Shown piece after piece: positions 1-12,926 of a DNA stretch of 64,000 bases. The translations under genes and the position numbers were made by a program. Each line of letters starts with the position of its first letter. Position 1 is the stretch's first letter. Below the pieces are notes generated by a model. That model was not told the DNA's origin. It did not search any database and worked only from the letters and a program-made list of their open reading frames with translations. This DNA comes from Azolla caroliniana (lineage: Eukaryota > Plantae > Polypodiophyta), in assembly GCA_043228905.1 (NCBI GenBank), contig JBHGNT010000009.1, positions 18,290,001-18,354,000 on the forward strand, written 5' to 3'.

Positions 1-294
1 GGATGAGTAACTATATTAAATTAGCATTATCATCATCAAATACAAAAATACCCACAATGAGGTATATATACATCTCATGTGCCAAGGTGCACATGTGTGA
101 GTAGAATATAGGTACTAATGTGTAAGTCCTATATTAAATGTACTTAGGAGTGGAGGATCTAGAATATCTCACTTAAGTACAAGGTCCTATGTAAGTCGTT
201 ATAGTTAACACTTCTAACTAGATCCTATCTAGGTAACTACGAAGTTACATGGTTGACTAACTAACTAAACTAAGTTGAGCTTGATCTCTCAACA
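1..294 (-). mobile_element. LTR end (TGTTGAGAG... on minus strand) of an element running off the left window edge
   Basis: Sequence ends ...CTCTCAACA at 294, exactly where the copia integrase remnant is cut. The solo LTR at 1805-2444 has the same type of terminus. Confidence 0.5.
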
Positions 295-1640
295 GTATTA
301 CATCCAAAAGTCCTTTACTTACATTCCTGTCTTTTGGGAAGGGATGTCAATGTTGTTCACCAAATTGACATGCCACATATTATAGATCATAGTACTAACG
401 TAAGCTTAAGATAAGGATAAAGAAAAGATAGATAGAAAGGAGAAAGAGAAAGAAGGGTGCCGATCCACCCGACCACCCCCGAGCGAAGGGATCGAGACGG
501 ACTCGAGCCTCGATCGGCGTCCCATACCACCGCCGTGGCATCGAGTCGTACCTGGTGCTGGCGCGCTCGCTACAAGAGTTGACCCACCACACGAGCAGAG
601 TCTCGATGTAGTCAAAAGATGATCAAATGAGGGTAGTTAGGCCTCTTATTTATAGCGATACCCAAGGCCCCCAGGCAAGTTCACACTTGACCTAATGGGT
701 TGTCTCAATCCCGAGGATTAAAAGTAATCCTCCCCTTCTTTACACTCTCGTTTAACCCTCACACTTATCCACGTGTATAGAATACTACGGTAAATTCTTA
801 CCACGGGATATTATATGGTCATGCCCGTAACACCACATATACGCCTTCAATCTCCTTATCCTTAAAAATGGGGAGTCTGATGATGACTCCTTTCGATTAC
901 ATGCCCTTGAGCTTTTGGAGATTGACATGGCCGATTCTTTTGTGCCATAATTCTATGTCGACGTCGACTTTATGGACCTTTGTGAATGTGGCCGATTTTA
1001 CCTCATTCAACTCAAGGATGAACATTTGGCCTTCTCTTTGACCATGAGCAATGAGTCAGCCTTCCTTCTCAATGAAACAACCTCCATAGTTAAAACGTGC
1101 TTACATGCCATGTTCAATGATTTGGCCAACCGATACCAGATTCTTCATTATGGTCGGAACATATAAGACACTTTTGATGTAGGTTTGTTTGCCATCTTTC
1201 TCGAATGGGACATTACCGACATGTTGAATGGGGTGAATTGTGTCATCCCTAGTTTCTACATAGCCAGGTCATTCAGGCTTTTGCAACTCACGGAACCAAT
1301 CTTCATATGAGAAGTCATGTGATTGGATGTGCCAGAGTCGACAAACCATACATTTTCCGGGTTGGAGGTGTTGGTTGGGCCATATGTTGACATTGAATTC
1401 GCTCTATGCTTCATCACGAACATATTGCCATGATCATCATAGTCGGCGTTAGAGGCATAGTTGGTGAGTTGTTGTCTTGTGAAAGTAGACTCACTCTTCT
1501 TCTACTAGCATCATACCTCATAGTGGTCGAATTTGCCACAATATCCGCACTCGATGGAATTGTTTTGTCGGCTTGGTTCGGCATGATGGCTCCCCATTCT
1601 GCCGAATGTCCCTCACCCCAATATTTGCTATTGTGACTTT
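295..1640 (-). pseudogene. Decayed Ty1/copia gag-protease-integrase remnant
   Basis: Minus strand reads WFVDSGTSNHMTSH (~1310-1350), ELWHKRIGHVNLQKLKGM (~900-955) and, across the solo LTR, VYVACQFGEQH*HPFPK...SKGLLDVI. It carries many stops. Confidence 0.8.
378..832. mobile_element. Solo LTR inserted in the copia integrase zinc finger
   Basis: TSD CCACA at 373-377 and 833-837. Termini are TATTAT (decayed TGTTA) and ...CGTAACA. Removing it restores the copia reading frame. Confidence 0.75.
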
Positions 1641-1804
1641 ACTAGTAACAACGGTTCATTACATGTTCATGAACATTTGCTAATGACATCACGACCACGA
1701 TCGCAAGCATCTGCAATTGACACAAACAAGGGTTCATTACATGATCATTGACATTTACTAAAGATACCACTACCCACAATCATGAACACCAATGTCATTA
1801 GTAG

Positions 1805-2444
1805 TGTAAATAATTAGCTCGAGTAATCATGTTATGTATAATAGATTAGAGATGTGTGTGAAAGAGGAGAGAAGAGACAAGATAGATATGAAAATAAAAA
1901 GACTTAAATGTGTATTAACAAGGAGTAAGAAATACAATAGAAAACAACCAACAAAAAAAATACAAGTGAGGGAGGGTGCTTTATATAAAATCATCCTCTC
2001 TCTACATTAAAGCCCCCACTCTCTATCTAGTAACGATAGAAGCTCACGTGTCATGAGAAATGTGGAAACTCATTAGTTATGTTTCTATGTGTCATGAGAA
2101 ATGTGTATTAACATGGAGTAAGAAATACAATAGAAAACAACCAACAAAAAAAATACAAGTGAGGGAGGGTGCTTTATATAAAGTCATCCTCTCTCTACAT
2201 TAAAGCCCCCACTCTCTATCTAGTAACGATAGAAGCTCACGTGTCATGAGAAATGTGGAAACTCATTAGTTATGTTTCTATGTGTCATGAGAAATGTGGA
2301 AACTCATTAGTTATGTTTCATAGAATATGATTCTATGACACAGTTAATGTTGGAGAGTTAGTGGTGACCTTTGACCTTTGAATCTTCATACATTCTCAAA
2401 GGGTGTGTTCACACATTAGACTAGGTTGAGTTTGATTCTCAACA
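1805..2444 (-). mobile_element. Solo LTR with internal ~190-bp tandem duplication
   Basis: TGTAAA...TCTCAACA termini, TSD AGTAG (1800-1804, 2445-2449), duplicated block ~1906-2098 / ~2099-2290. Confidence 0.8.
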
Positions 2445-2778
2445 AGTAGCCATTGTAATTCATGACCATGAACATGTTTTAATGACTTCAATGCCAAGGG
2501 TTGCGGACATTTTCTAGTGACATTGACACTACTAATCAGGGTTCATAATTACATGATCACAAACATTTGGCAATGGCATCACTGATATTAACCATGGTTA
2601 ATTGCGTCATTGCGATGAACATGGTTAATTTACATCAGTATCAACCATGGTTAATTGCATGATTGTGTAATTATGTACTTCAACAAGGCGAGAGGCGTCT
2701 ACGTAAACGTACAATATACACTTTTCTTCCGTATACGCTTTTCTTCTCTATTTCTGAGAGAAGACGACATGCGTCTAA

Positions 2779-2969
2779 GTGTACAAAGAAATATATACGT
2801 ATTCGTATACAAAGAAATATACACGTATACGTATACAAAGAAATATACACGTATAGGTATACAAAGAAATATATACGTATTCGTATACAAAGAAATATAT
2901 ACGTATTCGTATACAAAGAAATATACACGTATTCGTATACAAAGAAATATACACGTATACGTATACAAA
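2779..2969. repeat. 26-bp minisatellite, 7.3 copies (GTATACAAAGAAATATAYACGTATWC)
   Basis: Units start at 2779, 2805, 2831, 2857, 2883, 2909, 2935 and 2961 (partial). Flanked by the direct repeat CTTTTCTTCTCTATTTCTGAGAGAAGAC (~2738-2765, ~2993-3020). Confidence 0.95.
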
Positions 2970-3057
2970 TATACGTCTAAGTATAGTATACACTTTTCTT
3001 CTCTATTTCTGAGAGAAGACTTCTGTGCGTCTGCGTAAGTGTGTAGCAGAGAAAACC

Positions 3058-6000
3058 ATGGCAGCGATGGCGGAGGAGCAGGAGGAGGAGGAGGAGGAGG
3101 AGGAGGAGGGGGACAGTATTGTTCCAGAATGTGCAGTCTGCCTTCAACCTTATGACGAGGATCTGATCATCCCTCGAGTCTTATCATGTGGCCATACTCT
3201 CTGCGATCCTTGCATCTCTACCCTCTCTCACGATCATCGTAATCATCATCACCATCAATCTTCTTCGTTTATTCGTTGCCCTGAGTGTAATCAACCTTCC
3301 AAGATCGTTCATTCCCTCTTCCCTAAGAACATCGAGCTTCTGCGCCTCATTATAACCATCAATAAACATCATTCTGGATCATCACAGAAGCGGCGAAGTG
3401 TTCTCAGACCTTGTCATCATCATCTGTCTGATCGTATCAGAAGACCTTCCCCTATTTATGGCATTTCGTCTTCTTCATCTGAGCTTTTCAAATGGATCCT
3501 TCCCGAAACATCTGCCCGGATTTGCCGTTATCCAACTGAAGGTCAGGTCTTCTTCCTTTCTGGATTTAACGAGAGATTACAAAGCTGTCCTGCTTTGTTT
3601 GTGAATATGCAGAACCTATGGCCTCGCTTAAAAGTGAATGGAAATGGATCAGAAGTTGATTATCTACAGAAGGTTAAGTCTAGCTTGGATTCTTTGTCTA
3701 AGTACGATGTAAGAGATCTGCTGCATTTGTTAATGTTGCAAGAAGGTGTTTTTGGCTTCTGGATGGACGCAGAAAGCTGTCTCTTTCTGGTATGTGAATC
3801 TCTTACAGTATTGGATACCAAACAATTGCTATACGTTCCAAATGGAGGTGTGACAGAATTTAGAATAAGCAATTCTTTCGTAATGAGAGGTATGGAAATA
3901 TGCGAGATCTTCATGGATTTGCATAATAAGCATGTAATAGCAGGACTTATCACACCCCAGTGCTTGTGCTCAACAGAATTTCTTCATATTAAACTAAATA
4001 TAAGTGCAATCTTGAATGTAAGAGAGACTTTGAGGCACTTTTCTGATGTGACCTTCACAAAACTTTCATCAGAAAGCATTGGAGATGATTCAGCTCTTAC
4101 TGTATCTACGGAATTTCCTTTGTGTTATTCGAGTCCAGAGTTCTTAGAAGGGTTGAGAGAACTCAATGCATTTTGGGAAAAGAAAATGACTTGCAAGACT
4201 GACTCATGGACTTTAGGCTGTCTTCTATGTTATGTTCTTATGGGTGCTACGCCATGGGATGACCTTCAAATAGACGACTTCATAAATAAACGTAAAAATC
4301 ATAAACAACATGCAGACTCATGGATACAGAAACGAATAAACATGGATGGTGATTCGATTTTGGTGCATTTTTTAAGGCTTCTTCTAAAATGTTTTTCTCC
4401 TGATCCTGAAGAAAGGCCATGTGTATCTGAGCTATGGCAACACCTTCTATGCATACAAACCTCATCAATTTCAAGTTTCACATCAAAATTTAACCAGGGT
4501 TCTAACATTTTTTGTGGTGATGCGGGAATTGGTTATTCATATTGTCTTGTACTTGGCTGCAACCTAATCAAGGAAACTATAGAGACAGTGGTGGTAGTAG
4601 ATAGTAACTGTCAAACTTCTGAAGCTTCTTCGAGAGATCTAGAAAAGCTGTCTGACTCAGACAAATGTCCAAGTGATGACACTAGAGAAGTGCACAAGGA
4701 CACCACTCTTGATGGCCATTTGGATCAAGTAACATGTCTGGCGATATGTGGTAAGTTTTTTCTTTCCAGCTACTGCCTCTACTTTTTCATCCCTTTGATT
4801 TTTTCTTTGTTCAATCCTGTTTAATGCATACATGCAGGGAAATATCTACTCAGTGGTTCTTTTGATAAGACCATATGTGTATGGTCATTAGATGTAAGTA
4901 ATTTCTTCTTTATCCCCACTCATTGAGAATTTGAGTTTTACTCTCATTTTTATTTGTAGAATTCAAAGCTTAATTGAAACATGCAAAATCATTGGTTTCT
5001 TGGCCTCTACCCTTGTATGTCTTTCATATAACATAGCATGGGTTTACTAAGTTTATTGTGCATGCACTTGGTTGATGATAATATATGCATAACTATTGAC
5101 ATAATGTCGATGACAGGATGCCATATTGCTCAAAACCTTAAGGGGCCATTCTCAAATGGTTATGGCTCTTGTCATTGATCAACACTTGGCTTTTTGCGTA
5201 AGTGGAGATTATGGAGGTGAATTATGTGTGTGGGATGTGGAATCTGATGAAACTAATTTCCTTGTAAAATGGCATCATCATCAAGACTGGCGTTATTCAG
5301 GAATTGCTTCCCTTGCTTTATCATCTGATTTTCTATATAGTGGCGGTGGTGATAAAAACATCAAGGTGTGGTCTTTGAAGGTATGGTTAAAATTTGCCTA
5401 ATATGTTACTGTCTGAGATTCATTATTATTAAAAGGTCTTTTAAGGCGTGGTCTAGAGTTATCCTTGATTTTTTATTTTTCTTTAAATTTCTGAAAGACT
5501 TTGCTGTAGCAAGTTACCAAAGGAAATCATAGAACAATAGTAGTTGGCTAAAGTATTGTTATTCAGCTCAGTAGAATAAAGAAAGAAAGGTATACTAACA
5601 TATTTGAAGAGGCCAAAATGACCTATAAAACAAAATGAGAGGTTACATCTGAAAATGTTATCTCATCTCAGAGAACAATAAACCATATTAAATCTTTCTG
5701 AGGTACTGGTTATTCCTCAAGCATTTGGCTTAGGATGTACACATACATATTTCATCCTTTGGAGAAAAATATAGATATTCCTGTTAGCTAAGATTGCAGA
5801 GTAAAAAAAACAATAATACTTATTAGCCAAGCACTGGAGTAGTCAGACACAATCACACAATACCTGGAAATGGATATCATTTCATGGTCTTCACCAAGAT
5901 GTGGGGGTAATTGCCCATTAATCAAGACTGCTCAATTATCTACGGGTAGAACTGGATGTACTTAAGAATTTCTATGTACCATAGATTTAACCATAAATAG

Positions 6001-8728
6001 CATTCAACAAAGACAAATTATCCTCTATTCCATGACATCGTTTACAGGCAGACATGATTGTTCATTGATTTCTTTTTTCCAAGCTGCTATTTTCACAAGT
6101 ATCATGAGCTTATCCACAGTATGTCATTGCATTCCACTATAGTATGTACTTGTCTCCTCCTTTCTCCATCAAAATCTATTTTGTAATCTCTCATTCTACG
6201 GTGCACATATCAGCTCATCACACCCAACAGATCTCAGATTTTTACTTTACGGCACTTGACATGTGATTTCCTCACTTCTATTTCATTACATGCAATTGAA
6301 ATTAGGAGTCTCTAGATGGAATGCAGATTCATAAAGCTATTTGAATGATTCCAGTCTGCTCTTGTCGCAGGATTATGAACTTATTACAACCATGGAAGGG
6401 CACAAATCCGTTGTATCATCTTTATTGATTGATGATGGGTTATTGTACAGTGGCAGTTGGGACAGCACTATTAGGTTATGGTTAAGAAGTGATCACAGTC
6501 CTCTGGCTGTGTTAAGTGACATCTCAGAGGCAGGTCCAGTACGAGCCCTTCAGATTTCAGGTGACCTTCTTTTGGCTGGTTATCAGAATGGTGGAATTCA
6601 GGTTAGTCAAAAGTCTTCCAATATATGCATAGCATCTTATGATTGAGATTACTTTTCCCTATCAAAATGAGTGCACTGGTGAACTCCATCGAACAGGTTT
6701 GGAAGGATGAAATTTGTATAAATACTATTATAGCCCACAGTGGAGTTATTTCAAGTTTGTGTATTTCTGGAGATACTCTCTATAGCGGAAGTTGGGATGG
6801 AACGATAAAGGTGAGACTACTTGCTTGGCAGCCTGTTTTATTATATTAGCATCATTACATCCCTACAGGCTACCGTGTCCATTATTGCATCACTGTTTGG
6901 AACATTAATTATAGGAAAATTACTGAAATACCCTTGAGTTTTCTTAATTTCCCCAAATGCATATTCCTCTATCTCAACTGTGGCGCATTATAACTTGTGC
7001 TTTTTTCTGGCAATACATATATTATCAGTGGGAAACTTCAATATACAAGCTCTTGCATCCCTACAGGCTACCATATTCATGATTGCATTACTGTTGGAAC
7101 ATTAATTTATAGGGAAAATACTGAAATACCCTCGAGTTTTCTTTATTTCCCCAAATGCATATTCCTCTATCTCAACTGTGGAGCGGTATAACTAGTGCTT
7201 TTTTTTGGCAATCATATATTATCAGTGGAACCTCAATATGTCGTAAAAAACTTCAAAAGCATTCGAATTAAAGCTAAATATCTCTAGAGAGATTTCTGCA
7301 AATTGGAGACAATCATAAAGAGATTGTTATAATAAGGAATTGTAGAAATGGAAGCCAGCAATATGCAGTTGATCAAATACCTCATGAGTCAAAAAGAATA
7401 TAGAATAGAATTTTTATCGTCCACAAGGAGGCCAAATTGGGCCCATGGGACCAAATAAACAAATCATTTTATTTGTGACATACGTCGTAAGAATGGGGCT
7501 TACTACGTTGTAGTGAAAACTATCTAAAATAATGCACATATATATGTGCTCAGCCTTCTTAGTGGGGATTTTAGTATGACATTTACGTTATCATGTCTGT
7601 CTAATAAGTCATCATACTTTTCATGAATTACCTTCATGCTCCACTATGTTTTCATTGCATACCTTGGATGTCTTCCTTCATACTAGGGTGTTGCCATGAT
7701 CCTACTTCGACACCTAACTTGTGTTAGCAAGTTTGAATGAAGTGTTAAGGGTCTCCAAGAGCCAAGGCTCATGGGGGTAGTAAGATGTGGTTGGATACAT
7801 TCTGGCATACCTTGTTTTGGGCCAACACTGGGGGTTAACATTTGCAATCTAATATTCCAATTTTGACATTTTAGCAGCTTGCCACTTAATCCTTGGTGCC
7901 TCTATTAATCTATCCTGGTATTCACCTAACTTATAGCATTATTTGACAGCTCCTATTGATCTTTTAGGGCCCATCTTTTAAACCATTTTATAATGTCAAG
8001 CACCCAGCCCAGCCAGACGAGATGATTTTGCTTTTATTAGTTTTTTGTAACTTGCATCCTATATTTCACGCCTGTTTTGGCAATATCTGATCAGGAATAT
8101 TCTTGACTTTTGTGATATACTTGTATACTTTTTGCATGGCTAGTACCTCTATGCTCCCAGCACCTATGCCGAATAGTATGACAAGAGTAGGATGTTGAGG
8201 ATTTTAGCCTCAATTGTCTATGTAAGAACAATTTATGGATTTTCTCTATTTCATTCAATGCAGTTTGTGAGATAGTGCCACCTCACATTTCGACTCCATA
8301 AAGCAACACTAGGATCACCATAGCATTGAATAACATCAATTTCACTTCCCATCCTCCAGTGTCACTTGTGTTGCATTGATTCTCAAACATATAGTAACCA
8401 TTCCAACCTGCTTGAAGTGTCGACTCATAGCATACATTTCACATATTTGTCGACATAACAGCAATACCAAGATATTTGAAGCTTTGCACCACTTGTATTG
8501 GTTCTCCCTTGTATGTAAAACTAGAGCAGTGTCCTGGTTGAATTGCCTTTATTACCATAAGTTTTGTTTTTGTCCACTTTAATAACTAGCCTGCTGATTT
8601 GAGAAAATGTTTCCAATATTGAAGTGTTGCATATCATCCAAGATATATGAGAATAAAATATCATAGGCATATAGGAGTATAAAAATAAGCTCTTGCATGA
8701 GTTTTGTTTACTATTTCGTCAAGCTTTG

Positions 8729-8775
<47 letters not shown>

Positions 8776-8931
8776 ATGCAGGCATGCAAACTAGATGAAT
8801 TGCTGGATGATGCAACTATACAAACAGTGAGAAATTTTGACACAACAGTTACATCAATGACTTCCCATAATAATGTCATTGTTGTAGGGCTTTCCACCAA
8901 AATGATCCACATTATCACAAGCCATGCTTAA
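3058..8931 (+). CDS. RING (C3HC4) + degenerate kinase-like + WD40 repeat protein (putative E3 ligase); exons 3058-4750, 4838-4893, 5117-5380, 6371-6601, 6697-6810, 8782-8931
   Basis: RING motif CAVC...CGHTLCDPC...CPEC. Kinase C-lobe motifs YSSPE, DSWTLGC and PEERP. WD repeats GHLDQVTCL, SGSFDKTICVW, GHSQMVMAL, SGGGDKNIKVW, SGSWDSTIRLW and SGSWDGTIK. GT-AG introns keep the frame. The last exon's acceptor is less certain. Confidence 0.88.
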
Positions 8932-10818
8932 GATCTCTTTGGCCAATATTTTAAGGCCTGTTAACTCCTACCTCCATATGGAAGTTATGTACAAACTCGA
9001 GGAATATTTTGTCCATAATGTGTATACATATGGGATACTGATGTGTACATAGTTTTATGATTCTTGAGAGAAAAAGGTAACATTTGTAAATATATCCCAA
9101 ATGGAAAATTAGAATTTGCATTCAAATTTAGAAATTGATTTCAAGGTGCCATGGGTTATCTTTCATGTAAAATTTATTTGTAATGTGCAGCATTAGAATT
9201 TGCATTCAAATTTGAATTGATTTTGAGGTGTTGATCATGCCACAGGTTATTTTTCATCTACAATTTATTTGTAATGTGCAGCATTTGTGGATATGATAGT
9301 TTCGTCAAACATCAGTTGCAGTTCTGAAGACAGCGCATTGACTGTTATTTGAAAATCAGAGATACCATGAGTCTAAAGACAATTGCTCTCACCTGTATAA
9401 CCCATTGATTTCACAGGTTATACCAATGTATGGAAAATGTTCTTTATAATGACGAATTAGGATAGACAATGCAAGAATTAACAAGCACATACATTACTCT
9501 TGACATGGAAATGGTTGATTGAAAGTCGTATATGAGCAACGGTTATATATTTAAGCCTGTCTGTACAGTCAAAATAAACCTTGAGATGCCCTTTCAGACC
9601 TGTTGAATATGGAGTGGGAGGCATGTGTATACTATGGATGCACACACAAACTTCCAGTTAAAGCAACAAGCAGTCTTGAAAATACAATTGATCCATAGTG
9701 TCTTAGCAAATATCAAACCTACTAATTAATCCCAGAATATAACCCAAAGATGATGCTCATTTTGCCTTTGACCCATTGCATGTCTGCAATGCTCTTTTAA
9801 ACGCACATAAGTTTTTCCTAGTGCATACCCCATATTGAAATAAGAAATTGTTTAAGTAGATCAGGTACGAAAATGTATTCAACCTGCATATGAAATGGCA
9901 TTTAATCAGCAGCATCTTCCCAAATACTGAACTATCCAAACATTATATAGAGCAATCCATAGTTCACAATCCAAGACTGAACATTATAGATGTTTGGCAT
10001 ATGAAATGGCATTTAATCAGCTGCATCTTCCCAAATACTGAACTATCCAAACATTATATAGAGCAATTCATAATTCACAATCCAAGACTGAACATTATAG
10101 ATGCTTGGGTACATAAAGTTGAATTTACATGTTATCCTTGGGTACATAAAGTCAGCACTCATATTTTACAATTATTACTTCACATGTAAATAACACGTAA
10201 TATCCAAAATTGAACCATGCAAAAGAGACCTTCGATAGCACAAAATTTTGATATCAGATTGCCAATATCAGAATTATGCAAAAATGATGGTACAAACATA
10301 TTGGTAACACTGAATGTATCTAAATGGTCAATAACACTACAAAGATTTCATACCGCATTAACGCAGCTGTAACGACCAAAAATGATTGTAAGGATATATC
10401 TAAGGATCATCAGAATAACATCCACAGAAACATCGCAAGGATCCCAAATATTAACACGTCCCATTCCACCAAAGAATGGAGAGAACACATTTGCACCTAC
10501 AACACTGGACAAAATTGCAATACATAAAATTAAAAGAAAATTATCTAAATCATCATAAACTTTACAAAAAAATCCATGGCAAAAATTAGAAAGAAGTGGT
10601 GTAGCAGAATCCCGACAACATTAAGCTGTCTTAAGAGTTTCCATTATGCTTGTTTGGCTTACTACTCTTCACATAAACAGTTCAAATGTCCCCAAGCAAA
10701 ACCCAAGTTTGAGCTCAGCAATTGCTAAAATTATAGTAAAAGTACCTGAGATCTGACAAAACCGTCATTACATTACAAAAATCCCAGTAAAAGTATATGC
10801 AATCCAACGATCATCATG

Positions 10819-11376
10819 TCATTCAGGTATCTTCCTCAGAAGCTTTTTCTGCTTCTTAGACATATTCTTAAGCTTTTTAGGGTTAGTAATCTTCTCGTAA
10901 ACTGTACCGGTCCTCGCCTCGTTCTCTTTCTTCCTCTTCACTCTCTCCTCCTTCGCCTTCCTCTTACTGATTTTGTTTTGTCGGATCTGTTCTTTGAGCT
11001 CCGTCATCCGATCTTTATAAGCTTTCTTAACTTCTTTTTGCATAGTTCTCTGCTCTAGAGATGACTTCTTGAGGCTAACCTTGATAGAAGAAGTGCGAGA
11101 AGTTTTAGGGTTTTTCCATTTGCGCCCAGAGACCTTACCTGCGATGATACCATCAAAGGTAGGACGACCAAAGACAGGGCGATCTTCACCAGAGATAGTT
11201 ATGGCAATGCGTTTAGCAGAAGGTTCTTTATCGTCGGTGTCCATGGACTGGACGCCTTCTTCAAGCTTGTGGGCTTCATCTGCGGCTTCTTCGCCATCGA
11301 CATGGCCGCGTTTCCTCTTGTTTCTCTGGCCACCGAGGCCCTCGTCGAGGAATCTGAAATCGAGCTGAGAAGCCAT
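10819..11376 (-). CDS. Cgr1/CCDC86-like coiled-coil nucleolar (rRNA-processing) protein, intronless, 185 aa
   Basis: Complete ORF with GKVSGRKWK...SLEQRTMQKEVKKAYKDRMTELKEQIRQNK...RKKENEARTG...ITNPKKLKNMSKKQKKLLR, the typical Cgr1-family pattern. Confidence 0.85.
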   Translation of the reverse strand: MASQLDFRFLDEGLGGQRNKRKRGHVDGEEAADEAHKLEEGVQSMDTDDKEPSAKRIAITISGEDRPVFGRPTFDGIIAGKVSGRKWKNPKTSRTSSIKVSLKKSSLEQRTMQKEVKKAYKDRMTELKEQIRQNKISKRKAKEERVKRKKENEARTGTVYEKITNPKKLKNMSKKQKKLLRKIPE

Positions 11377-11552
11377 GGCTTTTCCTCTGAGGAGGAAAAA
11401 TATGAGAGAGACAGAGAGAAAGAGCAGGGGTTTGCTTATACTTTAGGGTGTGTCTGCATAATTTCTGTTATTTACGGAAATAGCCCTCTCCAATTTTGTG
11501 CTATTTTTAAAAATTAAACATAATACCCTTTGATATTTTGTTCTGTTGACCC

Positions 11553-11596
<44 letters not shown>

Positions 11597-11723
11597 TCAG
11601 ATGGTAGCAAAATAAGAGATATCTACTGAGTAATAGAGAGGTGAGAAATTTGGGTTTCGAACCCAAGATGTAGTGCTAGTTCTAGTAGTGTAAAGGACTT
11701 ACCACTAGAGTAAGCTAATTATG

Positions 11724-11727
<4 letters not shown>
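11597..11727. mobile_element. Partial copy of the tRNA-derived SINE-like family (3' half) embedded in (GA)n
   Basis: AATAGAGAGGTGAGAAATTTGGGTTTCGAACCCAAGA...TTACCACTAGAGTAAGCTAATTA is shared with the copies at 12.9 kb and 22.1-22.8 kb. Confidence 0.7.
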
Positions 11728-11760
<33 letters not shown>

Positions 11761-11959
11761 GCGTCTAAGGACAAATTTGGTTCATGAGATAATTGGTTTA
11801 CAACAAAATAGGGTGCTTACCCAATCATAAAAAATAATATAAAATAAAAATAGAACTTAAGCTAAGGGTGTTTACCCAATCATAAAAAATAATATAAAAT
11901 AAAAATAGCACTTAATCTAAAAGAGTTATAGTATTGTAAATTCGTTTGCAACAAAATAG

Positions 11960-12925
11960 GGTGCCACCTGAGCACCTTATGCTCCCAGAGACTTGCTCAT
12001 ATAAAGCATAGATGGCCCAAATCATGTCATTTGGTATCTCCAGGCTTTTAAGCCTATCAAACAACCGCTCCCTAGAGACTGGGTCAAAGGCTTTGCAGAA
12101 TGTCCACAAAACAATATATATAGTTTCTTCTTGCAAGCCTTCGTTTGGTCAATTAAGCATCTAAAAGTGAAGATATGGTCAATAGTGGAGAAGGCTCATC
12201 TAAAGCCAGACTACTCAGGTGCTCGAAGACTTAAGGTTTCAATATAATTGCTCAACTTTGCTTCCATTACTGCACCATATATTTTAGCAAGCGTATGACT
12301 TATCATAATGGTCCTATATGTATTTGGGTCCATGGGGTCCCCTCCTTTATGTATAGGGGCCATTGTGTTCATGGTCCACTGTGGTGGAAAACCCTCGGCG
12401 AGGGTGCGATTGAAGATTAGAGTGAGGAAGGGAGCTAGGCACTCTCGAGTGTATATGATGTGTTCGGCTCACAATCATGTGTGCTCCATGGACTTCCTAT
12501 GTTGTAATTTCTTTATGACCTTTGTGACCATAGAGGTCGTGAAAAGTGTCCCCATGGTAGGTCGAGGTGTGGAAGGCATGGGAATGGGTGGTTGGTTTGG
12601 GACGTGGTAGAGTCTCTCTGTAGATGTGTGCCAAGTGTTGGGATCCTCGATGGGTGTTTGTGGTCTTGGTTCTGATAGTCTCTTCCATATAGTGGTGCAA
12701 TCGCTACTCATGAGCATATGGTAGAGTTCCCAATATTGAGATGTCTCCCACTCTCGTCTCTTACAACGTGTCATCTTGCGCATTTCTTTGCAAGCCTGTA
12801 CTAAGGCAACAGTACCACCGAGTCCCGATATTTTAAGTTGGCTATATAAGTCTCTACAATCCTCATCATAGCATCTATTTTGTGGCATAGACCCTATTCT
12901 TCCATGATTGGAGTGTTTCGTAGAG
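11960..12925 (-). pseudogene. Decayed non-LTR retrotransposon (RTE-like) reverse transcriptase fragment
   Basis: Minus strand KAFDPVSRERLFDRLKSLEIP..MIWAIYALY and PNTYRTIMISHTLAKIYG, with frameshifts. Confidence 0.7.
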
Positions 12926-12926
12926 A

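Noticed and set aside
2779-2969. CRISPR-like regular repeat and the overlapping 72-127-aa ORFs
   Set aside because: The units are contiguous with no unique spacers, no cas genes are present and the context is eukaryotic. The ORFs are translations of the minisatellite.
7230-8560. LINE relic in intron 5 of the RING-WD40 gene
   Set aside because: The composition is suggestive but no clear motif could be read.
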